In this document: positions 26,301 through 39,049 of the stretch, piece by piece | How positions within the stretch are numbered: the stretch's first letter is position 1 | Layout: the number at the start of each line of letters is the position of its first letter | Source of the DNA: Lobosporangium transversale | Taxonomy: Eukaryota | Assembly (NCBI RefSeq): GCF_002105155.1 | Contig: NW_019029024.1 | Coordinates: 1-64,000, forward strand | Length of the DNA: 64,000 bases | Reading direction: 5' to 3' | Notes under the pieces: generated by a model | Seen by the model: the letters and a program-made list of their open reading frames with translations, nothing else | The model's database searches: none | What the model was told of the DNA's origin: nothing | Program-made: the position numbers and the translations under genes

Positions 26301-28792
26301 TATGTTCCTTCACCAACTTGTCCAACGCGCTCATACAAGTCTTCTCCTTTGGTCGCTGGCGCTAGTACAGGCGCCGGCGCCGGCACAGAGTTAGGCACAG
26401 GAACAGGAACAGGAACAGGGATAGTATTATGGATAGGGGTAGGGATAGGAGCTGCTGCAAGGACAGGGACAGGCGGAGCAGCGATATGCTGTTGAAGCCC
26501 AGGATCTACGGCTGGATATGGAGCTACATACGCCATTCCATGGTGATCAGTGACAGGTGGCCGTCTTCCATCGGGATGCATAGGGTTAGGGCCATAGTGA
26601 GATCCCATCGGGTATCCGGGGTCAGCCTGTATTCTTTGGCTCCCATTCTCTGGGTATCCATAATCATATCGGTCCCGATTTCTGGGCGATGGCGCACGGC
26701 CGTGACGGTCGTAGTCAGATGAGTAGTGATGTCCTGACCATCGACTTGAGCGTCTACTATCGTATCTGTGGTCGTCCTCTGAGCCATGCCAGGCATCTCG
26801 ATAATGTGATGACCGGGAATGACGGTAGTAATGCCCATAAGGCCCATAGTAGTCATCATCTGCTGTTGATCTACGCAGAGGCGGAGGCGGGTTGCCACTG
26901 GGATGAGAATATGCAGGCTCAGCTGGAGCAGTTGCTGCTACAACAGATGGGGCCGCTCCTGATACTACTGCAGATGAATTTTGAGGTACATATCCATGAG
27001 GAGCGACGGGCGGAAGAGGTGGTGGTGGTGGAGGAGGATGTACATTGGAGGGGGGAGTGGCTATTGGCGCCCCAGAAGCCTGAGCTGGTGGTATTGGTAA
27101 TGGAGGGGGAGGTGGGGGTGGAAGGCGGGACAGAATTTGATTTGGTACTGTCGATTCAATTGGTTGTTTACTGTTCTGGTCAACCTTGGACGGATCTAAT
27201 ACAAATGACGAATCATGCATAGTTCTGTTCGCCCCAGGCCCTGTCAACTGTGCTTCAGTTGATGATAAAGCAAGCGCTGGATTTGCCGCTTGCTGCTTTG
27301 AAGGGTCTACAGGAGTTGAAGGAGCGGGTACTCCCGACATCTCATTCTTCAATAACGCCGCAGTAGGTACAGGTTCAGTAGTATCTACTGTCAGAGCGAT
27401 GGGAATGGTGGTTTTGTCATCTCCAGATATTATCTGACTATCGCTAGGTAGTGCCGGCTGATTTACGGGTGCATGCTCAGCAGCAGAATGGTCGCTGCTG
27501 GGAAGATGGGGTGGTCGATACGAGTCTACATCCTCGGAACTAGTATTTTTTTCTATATCAGCATCCCTGTCTCTATCCCGGGGCGCTCGATCCCTGTCTT
27601 CCCAATCGTAGCTTGCTCTGTATCTGTCACTATCATAGTCATAAGTACGGGATCTCTCCCAGCTCCTGTAGCGGTCTTGTTCACGCTCATTATCATGCTC
27701 ACGGCCCCGTCCGCGCCCACGATCATAGTCATACTCTCGTGATAAGTGGTCCTGACCTTTGACGGAGCGTGACTCACCGTCTTCATCACCAGATTTCCAT
27801 GGAGCTCGCTCACGCTCACGCTCACGTTCAGGATCCTCATATCTTACACGCGAATCTTCGTAATCATAGTCACGATGAGACCTCTCATGTTCTTTATCGT
27901 CGCGATAATGTCTGTCATGTCTATCATGCCTATCATGTCGATAGCCTCTATAGTCGCGATCACTTGGATGGTCCACCTGATAGCGATAATCCCTATACCC
28001 ACGGTCATGCCGGTAGTCCCTGTCGCGTTCATAGTCTCGTTCGTGGCTTCTTTCACGACTGTATCGGTCCCGATGGCGCCCTCGGTCGCGTTCCCTAGAT
28101 CGATCATAACGGCTCCTAGAATAACAGTCTCTGTCCCGCTCTCTCTCCCGCTCCCGTTCTCTTGAACGATCCCTGCGATCGCGACTCTGTTCTCTCCTCC
28201 AGTCTCTGGTGGCACCATAGTCGCGAAATGTGGGAGGGTTGGCAGGCTCCTTTGGAACAATGTCCTGAGCCAATTGAGGTTTCCTGCCTAATATCTCATG
28301 CTGTAGATCTAGCTCCCTTTGCAACTGTAAAGCTGCAGCTGACGCAGCAGCAGCAGCACTTGTGCGCCCAGATGCCCTACTAAATGACGAAATAGAGTAG
28401 CTGTTGGAGTACAGTGATTCTGAAGCGCGCGCTGATTGGAAAGGTAAGGCTGGGGTTGGCAATGGTTTGGCGACTGCAGGCACCGTAAACGATGGTGTAA
28501 TTACTGGAGGTCGCGTAGTAGACGGTGATGTTATCGTCGTTTCTGCTAGTGTGGCTGTAACTGCAGAAGTCGTAGCAGTGTTAGTAACATTAATAGTGGT
28601 ATTATTATTATTAATAGAAGCCGCCGCTGTTGTAGGAGAAGCAGTTGAAGTAGACGAAGTTGTAATAGCGAGAGTTGTCAAGTCTGTGGTGATCGTCTGA
28701 GCTGGTGCTCCTGTGGTGGGGTTTAGGGCTCCTTCGCTGACAGTTCCGGTGGCTTGAGGTAGCCCGCGAGAATCTGGTTGGTCCTCATGCAT
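23368..28792 (-). CDS. CTK1: RNA Pol II CTD Ser2 kinase CTK1/Lsk1 (CDK12/13-like) with long RD/RE-rich extensions, ~5 exons
   Basis: [71 protein letters not shown] and C-terminal GDWHEYESK motifs. Confidence 0.9.
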
Positions 28793-29027
28793 GGCGCAGT
28801 TGCGGTCAGGTTGAGGTTGATCCTGAGGGCAAGACGTGAGAATAGATGGTTTGCAAGCAAATGTACAGACCACGATGGAGACCAAAAAAAAAAAACTCGA
28901 GCTTGGCTATTCCATGACTGGGATTTTTGGGCACAATGCACACAGTGGAATAATATACAATCGCACGTGCAGCGCATATCGATTTGTAGTCATGTGTACA
29001 ATTTATTTAATTTGGCAAATGCACAAT

Positions 29028-31856
29028 TTATCCCGGGCTCTGAACTTTGTTCGTTAATGCCTGCACTATCTCTAATAAACCCTTGGTTCGGATCTCCTCC
29101 AGCGCCTGTAATGCATCGTCTAGTGTAATAGTGCCCTGTCGTTCAACATGTCGTATGATGATCGGCAAATGGGACATTACTGAGTTGTAAGCTGTGGCAG
29201 AAACATGGCAGTAGTGCTCTTCCGTTGGGTAGAAATCATCAACAGTGACATGCTCGCATTGCGTATTATCAATATTTGGTATTGGTAACTTCGTGTCGCT
29301 ATTACTAGCTTCCACATCTAACCCTTTGCTCTCGACATGATCGTCTTTTACAACCACTCTGTCCCTTGATGCGCTGCTCATGGCCTCCTCGATCTGCTTC
29401 CAGATTCGTGGCGTAGGGCAACGACAGTGTTTCCAACCCCATGAGTTATAAGTCCATTCTAGCCAAAGTTCTCTTGCGGTCATTTTTGAAAAGTCTTTTT
29501 TGATAAACAAATTGGGCTCCCATAGCATGACAAGTTTCCTACGAAAGATTCGTCTCTCACTGTTCTGCAACTCTACTACCTTCAAATCTTTGAGAGTCCG
29601 TTGGGGTATACCCCATTCCGAAAATGGTTTAATCAATTTCGGTCTCCCTCGGGAATGTATCTTGGTTTTTCCAGTACTAATGCCCGATCCCGACGAGCCA
29701 CCGCCCTTGGCAAATGCAATAGCCTCAGCTTTTTTCTTATAGAAAGTGGGAAGTGTTACTCTCCATCTCTTCAATGAATCAGGTTTCGATCGTGCTCGAA
29801 ATGATTCGCTTTGTGCACTGGTACTCGACCCTAGGCCAGTGGCTGTTGATTCCAGGGCTGTTCCTAATATTAATGCTCTTCTAATCGAGCTTAGCGTAGC
29901 GGTATTTGTATGGGTGATGCCTAATTCTCTCGGAATTCTTATGCGGGTTGACCTGCGCAACAGAGTTGTGCCTTCGTCCGGAGTTTGGAAAGTACGTTGT
30001 ACACCTTCATCCGAAGCATGCATACAGATGGGGTCGGCCTCTTGAGTTGGCATACTCTGTTCTTTTGCATTATGATTCACAGCTGCCTGTGGCCTCTCCT
30101 GACTATTATCATAAGGTTCGATTTCGCTGTTTACTGCATTCTGGTCAAGGCTTGAAGATAGTTTTCTTCGTTTCGTCGCTTCAGCTTGAGGTAGGGACGA
30201 AAGTTTATCTTGACTCGTAATTGAGCCGACCAATGGACGTTGGGTTTTGTTTAGTATTTCGTTATTTTGAGGATCAATCTCTCTGAGTTTGATCACATGC
30301 TCCTCTTGCGGTTGTTCTGTTTCCGACAATTCTCGTATTTTCCTTGGCCGACCACGCACTCCTTGTCTTCGTTCTACCTGTTGCAATTCTGCTCTCAGGT
30401 GCTCGGGAGGTGGATTTCCAGATAACAATTGGCTATCCATGTCAGTATGGTTGTCATTTACTCCATCCTTCCTATGTTCAAATGAGAGTTGTGTGGGGTC
30501 AAACTCGTCCGAACTATATTCCTCTTCCTCTTCAGGTTGCTCGAGATTGCGATGAGGATGCCATTGGTCGTGCTCTTGCGATGAACCGTATTTTTCTTTA
30601 TGTGTATGTCTGTGTGGTTTCCTCACTCTCCGTTTCCCTCTTCGTCGGCGTCCTTGCCCATAGAGCTTGTCCTCAAGTCGTTCAAACATTTGCTGCATTT
30701 CCTCAAATCTCGCTTCCAAGTGACGGGTATGCTCACTCTCGCTACTAAATTTAGGCTCCAAACGAGCTCCTCCGTGACAACGCCCTTGTAAATTAACTTT
30801 ATCCAACTCTGATGTCAATATAGCTTTGGTTCCTTCGGGATTTTGTGATTGCTGCGAGTGCCTATGGAGCTCTTCTGATCCGGATTCCAAACCTTCAGTG
30901 GCAAGCCCCGCTTCTTGCTCGTATGAAGCATGCTGCTGTTGCTGTCGGATTTCACTTTGTGTATTAGGGATATGTAATAGTCGATGTGGGACAGCCACTG
31001 AAGACAGGAACATTCTTGTTGATGTTGACTCTGCTGAGGAGAGATGCGTGGCGCTGATTGGAAGAGATAGTGCGGGCGGGTCGGTTACTTCTGCAACATC
31101 TTGTTTCTTCCAGAACTCAAGCACAGGTCGAAGCAAGACATCAAGTGCTGGATCAGTGTTGGTATTCCCTTCAGATAACCCTCTTGATTGGACGACATAA
31201 TCCATGTACTCTATCATTTTTTGAGGGGTAACTCGATCTTGATCATAAAACTTTTTCGAGGCACACCAATCCTGCCAGGCATGTTAGGATTCGTCGATGT
31301 ATTAGATATTACTCAAAGTAGTAAGAAAGAGTAGAAGGAAGAAAGATGGAGGACTGAAAGTGGCGTATCGGATGCATTGACAACACCTGCACCTTACCTT
31401 CCATACGCGGACGCCTTGTTCAAGCATCTCGTCTTCTAACTGTCTTATCCTTCTCAAAGTTTCTTCTTGTAGCTGATTTCGTTCACGTGCAAGTCTTCTC
31501 ATGTTCAAAGTATACTCGCTAAATAAATCAGTGTTACCACTGCTTATACTACTGATGCTGACGTTATCGTTGCAATTGCTACTAGTTGCGCACCCATTCT
31601 CGAGTGGCAATGATATAGGTGATGTCGACATGTTGTCTGAGGCAGGATTGTATGCAGCTGTATGACGTTCCTCGCGTGCATATTGCTCCCAAGGTTTGTC
31701 GCTGATCTGACGGTCGAACTCAAATTCACTCGCCAGGGTATTTTTAATGATGACTTTGTTCTCACGCTTCTTAAGAATAGTGGGTTGCCGACTTCCCGAG
31801 CTTAACATTCCAATAGTTGCTCTTTTATCTAGACCAAAAACACTGTAAGGTAACAT
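29028..31856 (-). CDS. Uncharacterised nuclear protein with Ndc10/Crypton-like N-terminal helical domain, AT-hook-like motifs and a GCR1_C-like C-terminus; start codon uncertain
   Basis: Intron 31272-31397 joins ...QGVRVWK|DWCASKKFYDQDRVTPQKMIEYMDYVVQSRG...VLEFWKKQ. Also RGRPRK, and C-terminal MTARELWLEW...IIRHVE...LDDALQALEEIR. Family assignment is by motif recollection only. Confidence 0.6.
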
Positions 31857-32223
31857 AGACGTATAAAATTAGGATGTCCATACAAAGAACTATTTAGTAA
31901 TTTGCATAAATATAACCAGGCAAAGCGGCGATTCATTTTGGTGCAAATGCAAATTCCATTGGTTACTTGGAGTTTCCTGACGAACATCAATTGCAAGATC
32001 CTTCTCTTTCTTTTGAGCAGTGAATATTGATAAAAATAAAATAAAACAGGTAGAATGCACACAGGCGCATGTGCATTTGAATGAGTAAAGGCTAAGAAAA
32101 ATATTGTGCGATAAAATAAGCAGAATAATTTTAATAGCAACCTGCCGATGTGCTTAATATACTACGCAAGACAAAAAAAAAAAAAAGTCTGAAACTTGAC
32201 AAAAAAGGCGTGTTCAAGTTTTG

Positions 32224-34915
32224 CTAAAGTAAATCTTCGTGATCTAAAAAAGGCGGAGGTGCCTCATCTTCAAGCATGGGAATATTTAAATCAGAGTCAA
32301 GATTTCCTGTATCGTCGCAAAAAACTTGAAGCGTTCGTGTGGATGGGATATCGTTTCCTATTGAGGACGCGTTTTCTGTATCCTGCAGACTGTGGCTTCT
32401 CATGCCCATAGATTCGCTATCTTCAACGTAGCTTGCTTCTTCACTTACATAGCGCCATGTGTCCTCTACTTGTTCTTCCATTTGGTGATGTTGGTGTTGT
32501 TGCATCTGGCGAACCTTTTGTTCGATGACCATGGTGATATCAGACTGTCTACGACTAGGATCGGATCTGAAGGGACTTCTCTTATTTGGAAGAAATGACA
32601 ATCTATTGCTTTCTCCTTCTTCAGCTCGCTTCCTCTTTAGTGCCTCAATATCCTGCGTGATTGTCGATGGAAAACCCTGTTCTAATTTCCTAAGAAAATC
32701 CTCTGTTTTATCCCTAGCCTGGTCATCATCTTCATCGTATCCGTCTTGAATTTCGTTCTCCAGAATCTCGTATGATGGAGTAGTAAACTCCCAAGGGATG
32801 TTTGGGATTGAATAAGCCATTGTAAACTTTTCCAGCTCATCTTCCTCGACGCCTTGACTGTCTTCAGCGCTCCACTGTGAATCCATACTTCGCCTTGAGC
32901 GCGATCGATCACTAAAGATCTTGTTCATCTCTGCTGACGCATATTTGGTATGCAGAGTGGGAGATGATGCAGTCATACGTCTAGCTGTGTCAAAAACCCG
33001 GTCGTCAAAATCCTTTGGGCTTGTATGCAGTAAAGACTTGGCCTGCGAAGATTGTTGAGTATTGCTATCTTCAGTGCTATAATTTAGGGTTTGTGGTGAT
33101 GGAGCTACTGGGATACAGTGGTATTTATCGCTTTGTTGATTGCCTGTGTTTGGACGTTTGTCTGGTGGCCTTGAGTGCGGCCTCCCTGAGTTCTCCTCAG
33201 TATTGATATCAGATGCATAGCATGATTGTCTCGCTCTAATTTCTTCAATCGAAAATTCATCCACAGCAACATATATCTGCTCGAGATCAATCATTAAGCG
33301 TTCCTGGGTGCCTTTTTCGTTCTTCGTAATAGGGAATCGACTTAATTTTTTTTCAGTATGTTGAGACGATGAGAATGGTATTATACAATGCTCTGTCTGG
33401 TGCTCAGGTGGCTTTTTCTCGTCTTGCGACTGTCGCATAATCGATTCGTGTAAAATCGGCTCGCTTAATATTGAATTAGATGCTACTTCCGAGCCTTCAA
33501 TGTTGCCTATTAATCCACTTGATGCTGCTGATGATGTCTGGTGTTCTGTCACAGTCTATAGGAATGAGTTAATAAACATTTCTATCATCAATTAGTGCCA
33601 TCTTCTTTTTCAACATCGTGTTCAAAGCACCATTGACCATTCGGAGGACAGTACACTATCTGGATCACGGTAAATTTGAAGCTTTGGATAGGGTCGCTTG
33701 GGAAGGGTATCTTCAGCTGTCAGTCTTGTTCCTTTCCATGACATAGCTTCTCTAATATTTTCCTTTCTACGAACATGATCTGTGCCAAGATCCTTCCATG
33801 GAGCACTTTCGTGGGATGTATTGGGCTCTTTTACATGTCGAGGTCGGTCACTCAAGGAAGACTGAGCACTCCGATCAGAAAATACTTGAAGCCTGGCATT
33901 TGGACGCTGGTAGCCAGATGATGATGTTGATGACGATGAAAAGTTGGACGAGCTAATTGGTGCATGCCCCAAAGACGTCTCGTTGACGTGTATGGATTCT
34001 GAATTAGAGATCTTGGTGCCAAGAACTCGGCGATTGACATTAGATGACGTGGCAACTGGATCTGCCGGACGAGATCGCTGTGGCATACGAGTCATGGTCG
34101 AGTCTTCTAGAGCCCTCCTTTCCTGCTCCTGATGGAAAAGTTCAGCCCTCCTTTCAAACTCCTCAAACAGCCTTTTTAAACGGCCCAAAGGGCGAGCCCT
34201 CCTATGAATGCCCAGCAGAAAAATCTCCTTTGCCTTTTCATATCTAAAAAGAAAAATGGTAAGGTTATTATTTGATGGATGATTAACATGTACATAGATG
34301 ACAACCACCATTTCATTACAATAGGTTATAGCGCAATTGCAAGGAAACTCACTCCTCTTGTGACTCCAAATAGTCTGCATGTTCTTCATAAAACATGGCG
34401 ATTTCATTCCCAATCTTGTTGGTCTCCATAAAACTGAAAACGTCCATCGGGAACTCGATCTTCTCTGAATATAGAATAAGCAGCTTCACGTATCGTGGGT
34501 CGTTCCTGTAACGCTCCTCATCCTTGAATGTTTCAATTGCTTGCTCAAGTAGCGACACCAATCGAGAATCATGTCCCTGCGCTCCGCTTTGAGGATAATT
34601 CTCGATCGTCCAACTCACGTATCGCATGTATGCATCCAAAGGGTCCTTTAGTTCATCGATTCGATCGAGTTCGGCCTGAAAACGCTGATGTTGTAGCGCC
34701 AGTTCGTGTGCACGATCAACAGGTTGAGTACTAAAGAGGCGACTAAGGACTTGTGCACTACGACCCTGCCTGATGGGCTGAATATTTTCTTTCTCAAGTT
34801 CAATGGCATCAATGTCAACTACATGAGAAGGAGAGAATGAATCGCGTGGAGGCGAAGGTGGTAAAGAACGCTCTTTGCTATAGTCTTGGTGGTGTTGCTG
34901 CTGTTGGTTCTGCAT
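32224..34915 (-). CDS. MAD3: Spindle assembly checkpoint protein Mad3/BubR1-like (no kinase domain), 3 exons
   Basis: KEN1 IELEKENIQPIRQGRS; TPR (DPLDAYMRYVSW, YRNDPRYVKL, GIHRRARP); KEN2 RRKENIRE; GLEBS EFSIEEIRAR; ABBA-like LQVFSD/LQIYRD. Confidence 0.88.
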
Positions 34916-36043
34916 TCCTCCTTGAATCACGTATACGTTGCTCCAATGATGTGATGAATGTCAGAAACATTGTTTTTGTTTTAATATTGTAGTCAAAACA
35001 AGTTGTGGGGTTTTTTTAAGTAATTATCACGTGCCTCGGATGAAAATCCGCTTACTGTCCAACGGACCATCACATTGAAAAGTTATCTTTCGATCAAGGT
35101 ACTGATACTACTACATCATCCGTAATTTATTGAGGCTTTTTTTTTAAAAAAAATTCTATCTATGATCATAACATGAAAACCTTTACTTGACCTTGATCAT
35201 GGCAATGATATAAAAGACACTAGAAAAAATTCTGTAGAAAACAAATAGAAAGATAAATAATTATCAATACTTGCTTCTGTCTTCGAGAATACGTGCATGT
35301 TAATGCCTCCGTTTAGGTATATGCATCAGTTGGAACAATTGGAAAATAAAAAGTTGGTAATCATTCTCTATCATGATCCCTAGGGTTCTCATCATATGCA
35401 TGGAGGACTGGAAACTTGAAAAAATATGAATATTATATTTGTATATTATATGAGTAAAGTGCTTACGAACCTTTTGTACAATTGATCCTATAAACTTCCA
35501 TGGGTCATGTTATTTGGCACTCTCAATAATACTATCGAGTCATAGTAGGCATAAATTAAAGAGAAGATACATTTGTCAGCAGCAAGTTCAATTAATAAAA
35601 GAGAAAATTAAGCTGATATGGCTTCCCATAGAGCAATATTCTGCTGATCTGTATATACAGGATCAACAATATGGATCAGAAATAGTAGTGGAAATTTGTC
35701 TCATCGGCCTGCGAAAGCCTCTGAAGTAGCAAATATATATTCAAACATCATAAGAGGAGAATGTATGCTTTAAGGAAAGTGCAGCATGCTGCGTTGTGAG
35801 AATAAAGTATGTGAGTATTCTTACCATAAAAATGTATTGAGAGTGAAATGGGAGTGAAGAATGAAGCGATGAAAAAGAAAAGATCAGAGATCAGAAAAAA
35901 AACTTGTCTTTTGATACAATCAAAAACAACAAACACACAAATACTGAAATCACGGGATTTGTTTCTATGATATCCTCCTGGACCTGACCTTTGCTTTGTT
36001 ACAAGCAAACTGCTTGCTATCCGCCACACATTCATTCATTCAG

Positions 36044-37823
36044 ATGAGTATCTCACTGCCACCATCATTCAGCTACACCCTGCCTGCATCAAATGTCTTT
36101 GTCATTGGACTGGCTGGTATGACCTTGCGACTATAGGTGGTTCAGATATAGAAAGGACGGGAAGGCATAAAAAAAAAGAGAGAGTCCCAGAAGTCTATTT
36201 GCAGTAGCTGTCTCATACAGAATATGACCTACTTGAACTGACGCCCTTGCTCTTTTAATCCACACCCTGGCCCTATAGGTGGTGCTGACTCAGGAAAGGT
36301 ACATAGCTGCATTTTACGAGATGGCAGCAGGAAAGAAGGGGTCTTCTCGACATTTAATAATTGAGATACTTCCCGCAAAAAAAAAAAAAAAAAAAAAATG
36401 ATAACTATTATTATTCTAGGAAGCTTTCTGCAGAGTTTTGATTGAGCAACTGCAAAAAAATCAAGTCGTTGACAGCAGCAAAGCTCTATTGCTTCATCTG
36501 CACGACTTTTACAGGGAGCTTACAGAGGACGATCGCGTCCGCGCCGCAAATGGTCTCTATAATTTCGACCATCCAGGTAAGCTAATGGTAACCCTTGTAA
36601 ATACTAAATTCATTGAGAATGAAATGATATCTCATGGATACAGGATTTCTGATTAATATGGTTTTCCCTGTGCTGCAATATACAGATGCATTCGACTGGG
36701 ACTTATTAGCCCAGGTGATGGATGACCTCAAAGAAAGAGTTGCTACCAAGTTTCCCAAGTTTGATTTTGCGACAAAGAGTCGGTAGGAGCTATTTTAATC
36801 CGCGCAAATGAAATAGAGTATAGGGGTTAACTATCAGATGTCATTAAACCCATGAATACATTGCAACTCGTATGCTCTGAAAACGAAATGGATATAGATC
36901 ATATGAGACGCGTCCCAAGGACTTAGAAAGTCCCAGTGTAGTTCTTTTGGAAGGGATTTTTGTTCTCTACAGTCAGAGGATTCGTGATCGCCTGAACATG
37001 AAAGTACGTATGCGAATGTGAAACTTGTGTGCAAATCTTGTACCTTTACTTAATACTTACTAAACCGAGGTATATAATGCGTAGCTCTTTGTGGATGTGG
37101 ATGATGATGCGCGTTTAGTTAACCGAGGTATAAGAACGATCCTTTTCACACCAGTATTATTTACTAAAGGATATGTATCAATTGTCTTGATGAGCTCTGT
37201 TAACAAAATGGTTTGGGACTTACCAATCCTCTCTCATATCACTTTAGTTGCTCGTAAGGTTGCTGAGCCTAGTCCGGACTCTGTTGACCATATTCTTACT
37301 GAATACATCCGCTTCGTAAAGCCTGCTTTTGACGACTTTATTCAACCGGTAAGCTATCAAACAACAGCCACAAGTGCGAGAATAAATTTCTTTTAATGAA
37401 GCTGCTATACTTATGCAAGCCCATTTTTCTCCCTCTTCCTGCCATTTTGGGACAATCCTATAGACTAAGAAGTGGGCGGACATTATCATTCCTCGTGGAG
37501 TTGAGAACATTACTGCTATTGAATTGATTACTTCGCATGCTGCCGATCTGCTGGGTCGTCAACAGCAACCCAACTCTACTCGTCCTTCACGCATTAATTC
37601 TTCGTCAACTGTGTTGCAGGAGATGTTGAGCACTCCGACATCTAATGCTTCCTCTACTTGCCCATCCCCTCGCTCGCTTTCAAGGACAGCTGTATTGAAC
37701 AGCGCCGGTGGTAACAATGGTAGTGATCCATGCTCACGCTCCAGTCTCAATTCCTCGCCTATACCGAGGAAGGATGTCCTTAGTGGATCAACCGATAGCT
37801 TGTACAAGCCTGTGCCAGAGTGA
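36044..37823 (+). CDS. Uridine-cytidine kinase family protein, probably catalytically degenerate, 8 exons
   Basis: Spliced reading VIGLA|GGADSGK|EAFC...LHDFYREL...YNFDHP|DAFD...VVLLEGIFVLY...|LFVDVDDDARLVNR|...YIRFVKPAFDDFIQP|TKKWADIIIPRG. Confidence 0.88.
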
Positions 37824-39049
37824 AATATATATATATAAGCAAGATTGCGCAATGAGTGCCAAGATCTTGTACAGCAATAAACTAGTCTTCACTTTGATTT
37901 AGTGCATTTTTTTTTATTTATTTATTAAAATGTAAATCCTTGAAGCATTCGTGCAAAGGCCTACAAGAGTATCAGTTTAATTATGATTGGCATATTAGAA
38001 AAAATTCGTTGATCCATTATGTTGCAACGAAAGAAAGAAAGAGAGCATCGACAGAAACTGACATTTAACTTGATGCAAACAATGACACACGTACTGCTTT
38101 GGGCACTGGTCAGTGGGTCAGTGACCCGGGTCCTCCGTGTGTAGTCTTTTGTGAGTAAAGCAAATCTCTGGCGATTGTTCACCTTAAATATGAGGACACA
38201 CTCGTTTGTTGGCGTTGATGGATTCATTCTGTCCAAACAAACGGGCAATCAATAATGAGCTGCATGCAAAGTTAAAGATAAGAGAAAGTATACATATACA
38301 TGTATAATAAAACACACGCATGCTGCTGATCGCTTTCATTGCCACATCATACCCTGCATGGTATTACTTGCTACCATTAGACGCAGATATACTTGCGATT
38401 CTTATCATAAACAGCCCTTACATGGACCATGGACGGGGCTTGTCTTTCCATGACCGAGCGTGTTGAATATTGGGCAAGATGTTCATCAGGTTTGATCAAA
38501 TTTCTGTTTGGACGAACTTGCGAGACCTTGTAGGTCTAAAAATCCCAGGAAAAGTGTATTTGTGAGCCTATTGTGAATAGGCCTTTCCTGGTAAAAAAAA
38601 ACCCCCCCAACGGTGTAAAAAAAAAAAAAAAAAAAAAAAAAGAGCATTTTAAGATGTGTAATGTCAAATGGATGCACATTTATTAAGATTGCATGGCATA
38701 ATACTTATAATAAAACGGCATGCATTTTTGATCTACTTGATCGCGCGTTGTACAACATGCAAGCTGCGTTGGAAGACGTTTAGTCTCTTGTTATTACTTC
38801 CTCATGTCTTTCCCAGGTCCGATTCTCGTAATGCTCTTGCTCTTTGACCTTTACTAACGAGGCTTTTGCATAACATTAAGAATCAAATGGCAATCATGAT
38901 CAACCAACGCCCTTTATTTTCTTTTAATTTTTTTTTTCCTTTTCTTTCTTCTCTTTTTTCATCTCCTCCTCTTTCTCACCAGCAGCCATTCATCTCTTAA
39001 GAGCTTACATTCAGTTCTCTTTCAGATCACTTCCATTATTTGCAATACC

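Noticed and set aside
23385..28700. Many overlapping antisense and alternative-frame ORFs over CTK1
   Set aside because: Expected shadows of low-complexity RD/Pro-rich coding sequence.
36131..36141. Duplicate CTATAGGTGGT acceptor-like site in the first intron of the uridine-kinase-like gene
   Set aside because: It would give a ~20-nt intron, too short to splice, and would not supply the GK motif.
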